Positions 1-9,971 of a stretch of DNA of 64,000 nucleotides are shown here, one piece after another. Position numbers and translations under genes: made by a program. Numbering within the stretch: the stretch's first letter is position 1; the number at the start of each line of letters is the position of its first letter. This DNA is from Candidatus Bathyarchaeota archaeon (GTDB lineage Archaea; Thermoproteota; Bathyarchaeia; 40CM-2-53-6): NCBI GenBank assembly GCA_005883075.1, contig VBAX01000048.1, positions 35,475 through 99,474 on the forward strand, given 5' to 3'. Below the pieces are notes generated by a model. That model was not told where the DNA came from. It made no database searches and saw only the letters and a program-made list of their open reading frames with translations.

Positions 1-2
1 AC

Positions 3-731
3 TATGCCCATCTGGCGACAATAGGGTCTCTGGAAGTTCCCGGCGAGACGCAAGGACTCAACCTGATCGTCGTGAGCGATGCCAAGGAACGGGGAATGGT
101 TCGGGATTCTGGCAAGGGAGACCTAAAGATTCAGGCTAAGGGCATGAATCTTACCAGAACGCGAGCCTCCAGCATTCTCAACGTTCTCGGCTCGGTCGGA
201 TACTACCGAAACGGCCCTGAGATGGGAATCGAAGCATGTACAACAGGTTTCAGCGACAAAACGATGGAGATGGCAAAGAAGTTCGAGGAAGAGCGAAAAG
301 AGGCCAACCGAAAAATGCTCGCGACGATAAAGAAAGAAGGTCTATCGCAGAAGAAGAATATCCAATGGTTTCACGCCCACGACAATTACAAAGGAATGGG
401 CGGAAAAGTCGTCGGAAGCTTCTGCTCGTACCTACGCTACCAACGAGTCGTCAACCCAGTCAAGTACCTGATCGGAATGATGAACGTTCCACCTGAAATT
501 CCCGGCTGGGGAAAACTATATTCCCCGATGGTGAAAGTCTCGGGAAGAGCCCCTCAGATCCTTACGAGCCTTATTGAGAAGGGAAAGAAACTCTCGCTCT
601 CGAAAATTCTTCCTGAGTCCTGCTCCAAAGTTGGCGGGTTCGGAGACGGACACTCTGTCGCTGCTTCAGGAGTCTTCCCAGTAGGAAAGGAAGAGATGTT
701 CCTTGACGAGATGGATCGACTAGCTGCTTAA
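3..731 (+). CDS. DHH/DHHA1-family phosphoesterase (RecJ-like), C-terminal part; 5' end lies outside the window
   Basis: The frame is open from nt 3 with no stop before the listed GTG at 72. The C-terminal motif GGFGDGHSVAASG matches the DHHA1 signature GGGH..AAG. Confidence 0.6.
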   Translation, partial: YAHLATIGSLEVPGETQGLNLIVVSDAKERGMVRDSGKGDLKIQAKGMNLTRTRASSILNVLGSVGYYRNGPEMGIEACTTGFSDKTMEMAKKFEEERKEANRKMLATIKKEGLSQKKNIQWFHAHDNYKGMGGKVVGSFCSYLRYQRVVNPVKYLIGMMNVPPEIPGWGKLYSPMVKVSGRAPQILTSLIEKGKKLSLSKILPESCSKVGGFGDGHSVAASGVFPVGKEEMFLDEMDRLAA

Positions 732-2308
732 GCGTCCTTGACTACTGTCTGGGCCTGTTCATGCATGAACTCTAACAGATAGTATGGTCCACCGACCCCT
801 TTGCCAGTAGCCCCACTTCCTTTCCAGCCGCCGAACGATTGCGAGCCGGGCCAGGCACCCGTGGTAGCCCCGCCTTTTCGGTTCGCGTATGTGACCCCGA
901 AGTCGATGCTCTTGAAGAACTTGTCAACCTCGCTAGGATCGTTGCTGAAGATTCCTGCGGTCAAACCGAACTCTGTGTCGTTCGCTTTCTTCAGCGCCTC
1001 GTCTAGGTTCTTGACCTCGTCCACGACCACGAAAGGCAGGAAGAGTTCTTCCTTCAAGAGGCGATTCTCGGAAGGCAGGCCAGCGACGACTGTTGGTTTG
1101 ACGTAGTATCCTTTTGACAGCTTCTTGTCTTCTGGTGGTCCGCCACCGGCAACTATCTTGCCGCCGTCCTTCTTTGCGAGTTCGAGAAAGCGTTGGTATT
1201 TCTTCACCATCTTCTCGTTGATCACGGGTCCAACGAAGGCGTCCTTGTCCCTCGGATCCCCAACTTTGAGATGATCCACTTTGTCTTTGAGGATTTTGAG
1301 GAAATCGTTCTTTATGCCTCTCTCTACGTAGACTCTTGATGTCGCGCTGCACTTTTGGCCGCTATACCCAAAGGCTCCTCTGACGACTCCTTCAGCCGCC
1401 CTCTCCAGATCAGCGTTCGATGTGATGAGGGCGGGGTTCTTGCTGCCCATCTCAGCTATGAACGGCTTCGGATATGGTTGCTTGTTAACAAAGTCGCGGT
1501 AGAGTTTCATGCCCACGTCTTTCGATCCAGTGAAGGCAATGCCAGCGACGTCCAGGTTCGAAGTGACCTCGTCGCCGAAAGACTCGCCCGGACCAGTTAG
1601 ATAACTCAGTGCCCCGGGGGGTACTCCTGCGTTGATGAGTGTCTCGTAGAGTTTCAGTCCTGAGAAGGGTGCGGCGGTTGTTGGATGAAACACAACCGTA
1701 TTTCCGGTGATGAGTGCGGATGAGATCATGCCTGCGGCAAGGGCGAGTGGAAAGTTGAACGGCGAGATTACTGCCCATACTCCGTAGGGTCGGAGAACGC
1801 TCTTCGAGGTCTCTCCTGGTGCGCCAGGTTGCATAGACTTCACATATCCATCGTTTTGTTCCATAAGGTCGGCGTAGTAGTCTAGCATGTCGATTGCTTC
1901 GCTTGCTTCCGCAACAGCTTCGTACCTGTTCTTGCCTACCTCGTAGGTGATCAGGGATGCTAGCTTGAACCGATCATCCTCCATCAAGTCTGCCGCTCTG
2001 CGGATAATAGCAACTCTCTCTTTCCAAGGCCTCCTGCTCCACTCCGTGAATGCGTCCTTGCCCGCTTCGATGGCCTTGCGAGCGTACTTTGAGTTTCCTT
2101 TCTGGAAATTGCCTAGCAGGATCTTGGTATCCAGAGGACTTCTTACATCAAATTCTCCCTCTCCCGCGAGAACCTTTCGGCCGTCAATGAACATCGGATG
2201 ATGTTTTCCAAACTCAGTCTCAATCTGTTTCAGTGCTGCTTCATATTTCGGATGAATGCTCGGGTCTGCGAGCAGTGTTACGTAGGTTAGCTTGGTTTCC
2301 TGGCTCAA
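728..2308 (-). CDS. Aldehyde dehydrogenase superfamily, 1-pyrroline-5-carboxylate (glutamate semialdehyde) dehydrogenase-like
   Basis: 526 aa. ALDH motifs are present: FTGSKDVG, EMGSKNP and the catalytic-Cys region GQKCSATSRVYV. The N-terminal pattern resembles P5CDH. Confidence 0.8.
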   Translation of the reverse strand: MSQETKLTYVTLLADPSIHPKYEAALKQIETEFGKHHPMFIDGRKVLAGEGEFDVRSPLDTKILLGNFQKGNSKYARKAIEAGKDAFTEWSRRPWKERVAIIRRAADLMEDDRFKLASLITYEVGKNRYEAVAEASEAIDMLDYYADLMEQNDGYVKSMQPGAPGETSKSVLRPYGVWAVISPFNFPLALAAGMISSALITGNTVVFHPTTAAPFSGLKLYETLINAGVPPGALSYLTGPGESFGDEVTSNLDVAGIAFTGSKDVGMKLYRDFVNKQPYPKPFIAEMGSKNPALITSNADLERAAEGVVRGAFGYSGQKCSATSRVYVERGIKNDFLKILKDKVDHLKVGDPRDKDAFVGPVINEKMVKKYQRFLELAKKDGGKIVAGGGPPEDKKLSKGYYVKPTVVAGLPSENRLLKEELFLPFVVVDEVKNLDEALKKANDTEFGLTAGIFSNDPSEVDKFFKSIDFGVTYANRKGGATTGAWPGSQSFGGWKGSGATGKGVGGPYYLLEFMHEQAQTVVKDA

Positions 2309-2403
2309 GACGTCTCTGGTGAATAGTCGATCGAGGCTAAAGATAAGACTAGGCTTAGGAATGCCTCACCGTCAAGGACTGTCAAAAAAGTAAATGTCTG
2401 AAA

Positions 2404-2826
2404 TCAGACAGGCACGGAACGCGGGGCTTTCCTGTACGTGATTGCCAAAAGCCCGCCAATTATGCCTAGTATAGATCCTACCCCGGTGAGAGAGTTGCCG
2501 CCTGCAAAGAGCCCGACCACGGAGAAGACTACAATGATTGTCCCCCATGTCGGATACTGGTGGAATCTAAAACTCATCACAACCGCACTCACTAATATGA
2601 GGATTCCAGAGAGGATCAATATGATGGCGGAGATTCGTGCGCTCGCAATGGCGAGGCCGAAATTGGTTGATCGGATGCTATTTCCAACGAAATTGTTGAA
2701 GGTGGCTCCGGAAGCAGTGTATTTGATAATCCCGCTGGTAGAGGCTTTGGCTAATCCACCGATGAAGGTCAGTATTCCAGCGAGTAGCGAAATCGCGTAG
2801 GCGGGAACTCTGTCCTGAGCGGACAC
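2404..2826 (-). CDS. Hypothetical multi-pass membrane protein
   Basis: 140 aa with about 4 hydrophobic segments. No recognisable catalytic motif. Confidence 0.45.
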   Translation of the reverse strand: MSAQDRVPAYAISLLAGILTFIGGLAKASTSGIIKYTASGATFNNFVGNSIRSTNFGLAIASARISAIILILSGILILVSAVVMSFRFHQYPTWGTIIVVFSVVGLFAGGNSLTGVGSILGIIGGLLAITYRKAPRSVPV

Positions 2827-2892
2827 GTTTCGATTCCTTCAATCTGCGTGGGGAGTCAGCTCAGAAATAAGCGTTGCTTGGGTCGCAATAGG

Positions 2893-3141
2893 CTAGGCAG
2901 TTATCTTGGCTCGGAGTCTCTTGGACGCACCGCGCGCCGTTCGGGATCTCCTGGGTGATCCACTGGCGTTTCTGCTTTGGTCCTTGTTCATCCAGTCGGG
3001 GACGATGACGGCTCTGATTAGTTCCTGCATGGTTATGCCTCTTTCCTTTGCGATCTTTCGGAGTTCTCCGTAGACTTGAGGGTCGAGGGATTGCATGAAC
3101 TTGGTCGGCAATACTCTACGCTTCCGGTATACCGGCCGCAT
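2893..3141 (-). CDS. Small ribbon-helix-helix (CopG/Arc-like) DNA-binding protein, putative
   Basis: 82 aa. The segment LPTKFMQSLDPQVYGELRKIAKERGITMQELIRAVI fits a strand-helix-helix layout, followed by a basic tail. Confidence 0.4.
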   Translation of the reverse strand: MRPVYRKRRVLPTKFMQSLDPQVYGELRKIAKERGITMQELIRAVIVPDWMNKDQSRNASGSPRRSRTARGASKRLRAKITA

Positions 3142-3217
3142 CCGTAGGATATAATTGCACCCTTTTGCCTCGGATAGGATCCTGTTCCATCTTTCTATTT
3201 CCTGGGTCTATTGAAGC

Positions 3218-3832
3218 TCACTGCTTTGCGACCGGGAGTAGCTCAACCAGGGAACGTAGAGGAACTCCTTCGATATTCTCTTTCCCGCTCTTGTTCGCAA
3301 GAACGACAACTCCGACAGCCTTGGCTTTGACTCCAGTAAGAGTCTCGATAACCGCCCTAATCGTCTCCCCCATCCGGAGTATTGTGTCGACAATCAGAAC
3401 CTTCTTGCCTTCGACTCTTGAGAAGCTAGGGTTCACTGCCCCAGCCACTTTCTTCTCCCCGAGCCTCTGAGGTCGTACGGAGGCGATGGGTTTGTTCAAT
3501 GACCTTGCGACGATGAGTCCGAGGGCCATTCCGCCGCTCTCGATTCCCGCAACAACTTCAGGTTCCTCCATTAGTCCGGCTTCTATCGCTTCGCGGACCA
3601 TGTCTGCCATTGCACGCCCGACAAGGGTTAGGCGTCGAACGCTCGATCCTATCGGGTTCCAGTTAACATAGACATCGTAAGCCTCCTTTGTCTTGACTCC
3701 GTCCTTGCCGTGGAGCAGGAGCCAGACAACAGTGTCTGCTTGAACCTTCAACTCATCAGCAATCTCGTACGTAGACATGCCGCGTTCCTTTAGCTCGCGC
3801 GCGCTCTTGGAGAGCTCTTCTAGTGATCTCAC
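3218..3832 (-). CDS. Orotate phosphoribosyltransferase-like protein with an N-terminal HTH (GfcR/PyrE2-like regulator family)
   Basis: N-terminal HTH (MSTYEIADELKVQADTVVWLL) plus the PRPP-binding loop VLIVDTILRMGETI. Confidence 0.75.
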   Translation of the reverse strand: MRSLEELSKSARELKERGMSTYEIADELKVQADTVVWLLLHGKDGVKTKEAYDVYVNWNPIGSSVRRLTLVGRAMADMVREAIEAGLMEEPEVVAGIESGGMALGLIVARSLNKPIASVRPQRLGEKKVAGAVNPSFSRVEGKKVLIVDTILRMGETIRAVIETLTGVKAKAVGVVVLANKSGKENIEGVPLRSLVELLPVAKQ

Positions 3833-3924
3833 GTCTTACCGACCCGTGCTATTGGAGGTCCTTGAACCTAGTTATAACTTGTCAGATGTTCTCTCGCGAA
3901 ATTGGCAGGGTTTCTTACCCTAAG

Positions 3925-3932
3925 ATTATAAT
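3925..3932 (+). promoter_or_regulatory. TATA-box-like element upstream of the nicotinate phosphoribosyltransferase gene
   Basis: ATTATAAT lies about 22-29 nt upstream of the ATG at 3954. That spacing is typical of archaeal promoters driving leaderless or short-leader mRNAs. Confidence 0.4.
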
Positions 3933-3953
3933 TCGATCAAAGGGACTGCGAGA

Positions 3954-5156
3954 ATGACTAATTTGAGAAAATTCCAGGTGGCCAGCGAGGACGAGATCAA
4001 GAAAGCGGAAACAACCGACGTTTACTTCACACGCACAAAAGAGATTCTTGAAAAAGAAGGACTATCCGATCTTCATGTAACCGCCGAGATAACGACGGGC
4101 TCTCTTCCAAGGAACTGGGAATGGGGCATACTTTCTGGAGTGGAGGAAGCCGCTTGCCTCTTGGAAGGCGTACCGATCGATGTTCATTCTTTTCCGGAAG
4201 GAACTCTGTTTCATCCAAGTGACGTGGACGGGGTGCGAGAGCCCGTTGTGGTACTTGAGGGCCGATACTTGGATTTCTGTCTCTACGAGACTCCGCTGCT
4301 CGGGCTTCTCTGCCAGGCGTCAGGAATAACGACAATGGCGGCGCGTGTGAGGAAAGCGGCTGGCAAGAAAACTCTCCTCTCCTTTGGGATCCGCAGAGCT
4401 CATCCGGCTCTCGCTCCTATGATCGACCGATCGTGCTACATCGGCGGATTCGATGAGGTCTCCAGCATAATTGGCGCGAAGCGTCTCGGAAAAGATCCGG
4501 CAGGCACAATGCCACACTCGCTGATAATTGCGATGGGAGACCAGGTCAAAGCTTGGAAGAGCTTCAACAAACACATGCCGAAAAAGGTGCCGAGAATCGC
4601 TCTGGTCGATACATACTACGATGAGAAGACGGAATCCATCTTAGCTGCTGAAGCGCTTGGTAAGGATCTGTACGGGGTCCGGCTGGACACGCCCAGCTCA
4701 AGACGGGGCAATTTCGCCGAGATCATTCGAGAGGTAAGATGGGAGCTGGACTCGAGAGGATACAACCACGTGAAGATTTTCGTCTCAGGCGGACTCAACG
4801 ATGAAACGGTCACCGGATTATCGATGGCCGGAGCGGATGGGTTCGGGGTTGGAACCTCGGTCAGCAACGCCCCGAGTATCGACTTCGCCTTAGACATTGT
4901 GGAGGCTGACGGGAAGCCTGTGGCGAAGAGAGGGAAGCTAGGCGGAAGGAAAATGGTCTGGAGATGCAACGACTGCCTGAAAGAGAAGGTAACCGGTGCG
5001 ACCGTGACCTCGTCCAACTGCCCGAACTGCGGAAAAGAAATGGGAAAGTTGCTTGTGCCACTCATTTCTAAAAGACGATTATCAAAGGCGCTTCCATCCG
5101 CAGATGCTATTCGGGAGAGGGTGCTTGGCCAGCTTAATCGATTAAGCGGTTCCTAG
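3954..5156 (+). CDS. Nicotinate phosphoribosyltransferase (archaeal type) with a C-terminal zinc ribbon
   Basis: 400 aa with NAPRTase/QPRTase-family layout. The C-terminal CxxC...CxxC is WRCNDC...CPNCGKEM. Confidence 0.8.
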   Translation: MTNLRKFQVASEDEIKKAETTDVYFTRTKEILEKEGLSDLHVTAEITTGSLPRNWEWGILSGVEEAACLLEGVPIDVHSFPEGTLFHPSDVDGVREPVVVLEGRYLDFCLYETPLLGLLCQASGITTMAARVRKAAGKKTLLSFGIRRAHPALAPMIDRSCYIGGFDEVSSIIGAKRLGKDPAGTMPHSLIIAMGDQVKAWKSFNKHMPKKVPRIALVDTYYDEKTESILAAEALGKDLYGVRLDTPSSRRGNFAEIIREVRWELDSRGYNHVKIFVSGGLNDETVTGLSMAGADGFGVGTSVSNAPSIDFALDIVEADGKPVAKRGKLGGRKMVWRCNDCLKEKVTGATVTSSNCPNCGKEMGKLLVPLISKRRLSKALPSADAIRERVLGQLNRLSGS

Positions 5157-5508
5157 ATGAAGGGATTCGCGTCCCGCTCCTCACTCGTTCGTGAAGAAGG
5201 ATACAACTTTCAGCCGGTCAATCAGGAACTCTCGTTTATGTGACGCGAGGGGCGGTCACTAAGACCCCCTATTTTCTAGAACGATTGCCGTCTGGCATTG
5301 ATAATGGGCGAGAGAGGCTGATCAAAGCACAATCCAAGCTTGGATCGGTTGGGAATTATCACCGCTTCCAAGCGTGGAATACGCCTAGTTCCAAACGTGC
5401 CAAAAGAGGTGCCTGTTCAAATCTTGAATCAGGGCTGAGGATAGGCGATTCTCCTTTTGTCAGCGCACCTTTAACCTCAAGACAGGGAAAACCCAACTGG
5501 ACAGATCC

Positions 5509-6468
5509 ATGAACCACGCCCATCTGCCAGCTCTTGACGATATTCTCGCGGCCAATAAGCGAATCGAAGGTGTTGCAACGAAGACCCCGCTGGTCGAGTC
5601 GCCATCACTCTCGAAAAGATTTGGTCGCCACGTTTACTTGAAGCTCGAATGCTTCCAACCCATACGGGTTTTCAAGATTCGAGGAGCTTACAACAAGATA
5701 TCACAATTATCATCCAAGAACATCGTCGCCGTCTCCTCCGGGAACCATGGAATGGCGGTAGCCTACAGTTCGCGACTCCTCGGAAAGAAATGCACCGTGA
5801 TATTGCCTGAGACAGCGGTCCAAGAGAAAGTCAACACTATCATCGAGTACGGCGCTGAAGCGATCAAGTACGGCAAATACACGACTGATCGTGACGCGAA
5901 GGCCAAGGAAATAGTCACCAAGACCGGAGCGACACTCGTCCACCCATTCAACGACCCCGACATAATCGCCGGACAAGGAACCTGCGGGCTAGAGATAGCA
6001 AATCAACTGGACGACTTCGATTCGGTAATCGTCCCCGTCGGCGGAGGAGGTCTCATATCAGGCGTCTCGATCGCGATCAAATCGCTAAAGCCAAAAGCGA
6101 AAGTCTACGGAGTTGAACCGCAGGGAGCACCGAAACTCCAAGCGGCGCTGAAGGCTGGCAAGATTGTCACATTCGACTCGCCGAAATCGATTGCAGACGG
6201 GCTCATCCCGTCAGCGGTAGGAGAACTGACCCTTGAAGTGTGTAGGAGGTATGTCGACGGCGTCTACAGTGTTTCAGACGACGAGATTCTTGCGGCAATG
6301 AAACTATTGGTTCGTGAAGCCCACATCTTCCCCGAGCCGTCTGGAGCGGCACCAGCCGCTGTTCTACTGGCAAACAGGGATCTGGAGAAAATTGGGGAGA
6401 AAGTTGTTCTAGTCATATCGGGGGGTAACGTGTCATTGGATCTTCTTGCCAATACAATTGCTGGATGA
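5509..6468 (+). CDS. PLP-dependent threonine/serine dehydratase (threonine ammonia-lyase family)
   Basis: PLP-lysine motif FKIRGAYNK and glycine loop VGGGGLISG. 319 aa. Confidence 0.8.
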   Translation: MNHAHLPALDDILAANKRIEGVATKTPLVESPSLSKRFGRHVYLKLECFQPIRVFKIRGAYNKISQLSSKNIVAVSSGNHGMAVAYSSRLLGKKCTVILPETAVQEKVNTIIEYGAEAIKYGKYTTDRDAKAKEIVTKTGATLVHPFNDPDIIAGQGTCGLEIANQLDDFDSVIVPVGGGGLISGVSIAIKSLKPKAKVYGVEPQGAPKLQAALKAGKIVTFDSPKSIADGLIPSAVGELTLEVCRRYVDGVYSVSDDEILAAMKLLVREAHIFPEPSGAAPAAVLLANRDLEKIGEKVVLVISGGNVSLDLLANTIAG

Positions 6469-6478
6469 TGATCCGAAT

Positions 6479-7495
6479 CTAGTATTCTTGCCTGTCAGTG
6501 ACGAGGTATTCCGCCGGGTTTACGATGTTCTTCGGCTTGAGGCCGCGGAGGAAACGGGTCACATTATCAACAGCGAACTTCGCCGGTTTTCCAGTTGCTA
6601 GACCTGATGGGCCCGACACGTGAGGGGTTCCGATGAAGTTCGACAATTCGAAGAAGGGATGGGCGGTCTTAAGAGACTCCTTTCCGTCTCGATACCACCA
6701 AACATCAGTCGCGTATCGAAAGTCCGAGTTCGTTTTCAGGTGCTCGTAGAGCGCAGCTTCGTCCACGAGCTCTCCACGCGCTATGTTCACAAGTATCGCG
6801 TCTTTCTTCATCGTGGCAAGTTTGTCAGCACTAACTATCTTGTTGGTGAACTTTGTCAGCGGAAGCGAGATAATGACTGCGTCGCTCTCCGCAAGGACCC
6901 TCGACAGTCCTTTGTCTCCCTGAAACGATTTGACGCCTTTCTCTCGAATCGGCTTTCGAGAGAACGCATGGATGTTCACCCTGAACCTCTTACCTATTCG
7001 TGCAAAGGCAGACCCTATGCCGCCGTATCCAAGAATGCCAATCGTCTTTTCCTCCAGAATGGTTACTTCTTTCCCGCCTAATGTTCGTCTCAAAGTCCAT
7101 TGACCAGTCTTGACTGCGCTATGAAAGTCAACTATCCTTTTAGCGGCCGATAGCAACAAAGACCAGGCGTACTCGGCAACCTCGTCAGAATAGGCGCCCG
7201 CATTACTACAAACAATCACCTTCTTGTCGAGCTGGGCGAAGGGGATGTGGTTGACGCCGGCGAGGATGCTCTGAATAAGTCGCAGATTACTCATCCTCGA
7301 CAGGTTTTCAGGGGTCAGGAGGCTGGGCCAAAAGAACACGAGAAGGATGTCTATCGACGGTAAGAGTTGGATAAGCGATGCCTCGTCGAGGGTGGTCGAC
7401 GTGAAAACTCTTCCAAACTTGGAAAGCGCCTGAATGCTGCCTTGGTCAACGACATCAGTAGTAATCAACAGGTTTGGCTTCGGCAAAGGCTTCAC
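6479..7495 (-). CDS. D-isomer-specific 2-hydroxyacid dehydrogenase (glyoxylate/hydroxypyruvate reductase or PGDH-like)
   Basis: NAD-binding GILGYGGIGSAFARIG, the ARGELVDE motif and a C-terminal TPHVSG. Confidence 0.8.
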   Translation of the reverse strand: MKPLPKPNLLITTDVVDQGSIQALSKFGRVFTSTTLDEASLIQLLPSIDILLVFFWPSLLTPENLSRMSNLRLIQSILAGVNHIPFAQLDKKVIVCSNAGAYSDEVAEYAWSLLLSAAKRIVDFHSAVKTGQWTLRRTLGGKEVTILEEKTIGILGYGGIGSAFARIGKRFRVNIHAFSRKPIREKGVKSFQGDKGLSRVLAESDAVIISLPLTKFTNKIVSADKLATMKKDAILVNIARGELVDEAALYEHLKTNSDFRYATDVWWYRDGKESLKTAHPFFELSNFIGTPHVSGPSGLATGKPAKFAVDNVTRFLRGLKPKNIVNPAEYLVTDRQEY

Positions 7496-7617
7496 TCAAT
7501 CTCAGTTCTCAATTTACCCGATTCTCGTCTGGTTTGATGTCGGCAAACAGAACTAGTTCAGCTTTAACCATAAGTGTTAGAGAAACGGAGCGCGTAATGG
7601 AGCGTTAAGCCCTGACG

Positions 7618-8427
7618 ATGGAGCAGACCCCAGCGCTGGCAATCCTAGAAGATCTCGTTCCCAATGGAATCAGATTCGGAGCAAGCTATCTCGTAGAGTT
7701 CGGTCCAGACTCGCCGTGGTACGAAACATCGCTCACAATAGCCGCCAGCGGGTTGAGAAACGGGGCCCGCACGGAGTATCATACCTACATGCATCCACCC
7801 CACGAAGTTCGAGAATCTCTAACCAAACTTGGACTAAACGTGAAAGAGTTGGAGCGGAAAGACCATCTCAGAATACTGGACACTTATGATGTGATGACCG
7901 GGCTCGCACACCCAGAAACGCCCGAGGGGATGCGATCGAAGGGGCGGAAGGCTTACGAACACCAGTCCTTCGATCTCAATCATTGGAGCAGCAAAGTAGT
8001 CAACATAATTCGAGAGGGAGTTGCTGAGGACGAGAAACAGTGGCTGCACATTGACGACAACACCTCCGTGATGTGTCATTACACAGATGAGAAGCTCATG
8101 GTCGATATCTGGAGGACGAGGATCATTCCCTACGCGAAGATTCGAGGTCTAGCAATGTTTCACTCAGTAATGATGGGAATCGCGTCTGACTCTTTCTACA
8201 AACAATTCGAGTCGCTCTGCGATGGCATCATAGAATTCCGAAGCAGCGAAGAAGGAGGACAAGTCGAGCACTTTGCAAGAGTAAGAACTCTGCGGGGAAC
8301 GTCCAGTGACAACAGATGGCGACAGCTTCAACTTCACAATGATGGCTCAGTCACAATCGATTCCGGTGGCAAGACCAGGGAACTTGGAATCGGAGGCTGG
8401 CTCAAGGGTCCTAAGAAATCGCGATAG
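7618..8427 (+). CDS. KaiC/RadA-fold (RecA superfamily) protein with an ablated Walker A
   Basis: The KaiC-like layout is recognisable (..GIRFGASYLVEFGP.. then LRILDTYD). Where GxxGxGKT is expected the sequence reads GPDSPWYE. Confidence 0.55.
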   Translation: MEQTPALAILEDLVPNGIRFGASYLVEFGPDSPWYETSLTIAASGLRNGARTEYHTYMHPPHEVRESLTKLGLNVKELERKDHLRILDTYDVMTGLAHPETPEGMRSKGRKAYEHQSFDLNHWSSKVVNIIREGVAEDEKQWLHIDDNTSVMCHYTDEKLMVDIWRTRIIPYAKIRGLAMFHSVMMGIASDSFYKQFESLCDGIIEFRSSEEGGQVEHFARVRTLRGTSSDNRWRQLQLHNDGSVTIDSGGKTRELGIGGWLKGPKKSR

Positions 8428-8432
8428 GCAAG

Positions 8433-9971
8433 TCAAGATTTCGCCCTAGATGCCCAGAGAAACTTTCGCTGGAGAGTTTTAGGATAGATGCCCTTCCAGT
8501 CGAATTCTGCTCTGTTCGACCAGCTCTTGTAGACCCTTGGGTCGATATAGTTTCTAAGAGACGTGTTCAGATTGTAATCTCGAGTCCGTTTCTGGAGGTC
8601 GACGTCGAGCTTCAGTTTTCGTATGCGTTCTTCCAGCCTCATCTTTTGCTTGTCCGTTTTGACTTCCTTTGTCTTTAGCTCGTCCAATCGTTGTTGTTTT
8701 TTGAGGAGGGTTCCCTCCCAGGTCTTCGGTGGGGTGCGTTTGTGATTGCATCTGATCGCTGCCTCAAGATTCGCGACACGCGCGTGATGCAATTTGACGA
8801 ACGGTGATTCCCCAGGCTTGAACCCATTATGTTTCCGCAGGTAGGTCTGAACTGTTTCAGTGGCATGGTGCGTTCTGAACACCTTCGCTGTCAGGCCTCT
8901 CACTGCCTTGTTTAGGAAACGATTCACATGCTGGGAGGTAATTCCATCAAAGACCAGATCATCGGGCCCCTTTCCCTGCGAGAATTCTTGGAGGTTATTG
9001 CGAATAGGGTTATTCGTGCCATCAACCTTCAGGGTTTTCTGCCAGCGAACGCTGTCCTTTCCTAGAAAGTCGAACTCAACCGCATGCGGAAGAAATCTGA
9101 GGTGCTCAACTCTCAGGGTTGAAGCGCCCACCGTGTCTGCCTCATCCTCATCCTTCTCGTCGCCTACTCTCATAGCCAAATTGTCTATGAGATAGGAGAC
9201 CGTCGCGAGCTTGCGCGTTTTCAAGTCCGGAGAGAGAAGATTCTTGTCGATGAACTGCCGAACGTCCGGGAGACGTCGTCGCAGTTTCCGGGCAGCATCA
9301 TATTTCAGCTTGTCTCGTTCTTGGCGAAGATCCGAGATGTCACTTGGCCAGACGTACTTGCGCACATTGCTGAGCTTGTCCACCCAGTAAGCTATCCAGA
9401 TGGACTCGTGATCGTGGACAATCTCTCTCCAGTTGCCCGCGGGAGCTTCAACGTTCTCGGATAGGTTGAGAACAACATCTCCGGGATGGATTCTTGGCTT
9501 CCAACGTCCCCTCATTGGATGGCTGCCTCTTCCCATGAAGAGACTGGGAGGCTCCACCATCCAGTTGGCGATCTCAGTCTTGACTCCATCGATCTCTGCG
9601 AACCCATACTTCTCCTTCAGCGATAGGCGAAGTTGCTTTCGCTCAGTAGCGATTTTCTTCTTGAAGTCAAGATTCTGTCTCTGAAGTTCCTCCTTTGTCT
9701 GATACTCATAGACTGGAGAGAAGTCGATCTCAGCATACTTTGCGTGAGCAAAGTTTGCCGGCAAGAGTTTGAGAAAGTCTGAGAGAAAGTTTGCCTGGAA
9801 AACTGGGTCTTCAACGTAGGGGGTGGTTCGCTTCTTTCCCCACGCGTACGCTAACTCCTCAGCATCAGGAGAGAGTTGGACAACGGTCCCGCGAATTCGG
9901 ATAGAGAGTCTCCTAGGCTCGTAAGGTGGCGGAAACGCCACGCCGCTGTGCCTCAACTCTTTCCACACCAA
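8433..9971 (-). CDS. DNA topoisomerase IB (eukaryote-type)
   Basis: 512 aa. The N-terminus WKELRHSGVAFPPPYEP is typical of Topo IB. The core and catalytic region follow, ending ...NTSLRNYIDPRV. Confidence 0.85.
   Translation of the reverse strand: MVWKELRHSGVAFPPPYEPRRLSIRIRGTVVQLSPDAEELAYAWGKKRTTPYVEDPVFQANFLSDFLKLLPANFAHAKYAEIDFSPVYEYQTKEELQRQNLDFKKKIATERKQLRLSLKEKYGFAEIDGVKTEIANWMVEPPSLFMGRGSHPMRGRWKPRIHPGDVVLNLSENVEAPAGNWREIVHDHESIWIAYWVDKLSNVRKYVWPSDISDLRQERDKLKYDAARKLRRRLPDVRQFIDKNLLSPDLKTRKLATVSYLIDNLAMRVGDEKDEDEADTVGASTLRVEHLRFLPHAVEFDFLGKDSVRWQKTLKVDGTNNPIRNNLQEFSQGKGPDDLVFDGITSQHVNRFLNKAVRGLTAKVFRTHHATETVQTYLRKHNGFKPGESPFVKLHHARVANLEAAIRCNHKRTPPKTWEGTLLKKQQRLDELKTKEVKTDKQKMRLEERIRKLKLDVDLQKRTRDYNLNTSLRNYIDPRVYKSWSNRAEFDWKGIYPKTLQRKFLWASRAKS

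Noticed and set aside
933-2201. Several 80-140-aa ORFs overlapping the aldehyde dehydrogenase gene in other frames. Similar shadow ORFs occur inside most long genes.
   Set aside because: They lie entirely within strongly supported long CDSs and have a biased Arg/Ser/Pro composition typical of off-frame translation.
5240-5512. 90-aa ORF in the 350-bp gap before the threonine dehydratase gene.
   Set aside because: It has no motif and an unremarkable basic composition, and it ends by overlapping the next gene start. It is probably untranslated leader or promoter sequence. I saw no riboswitch-like conserved core either.
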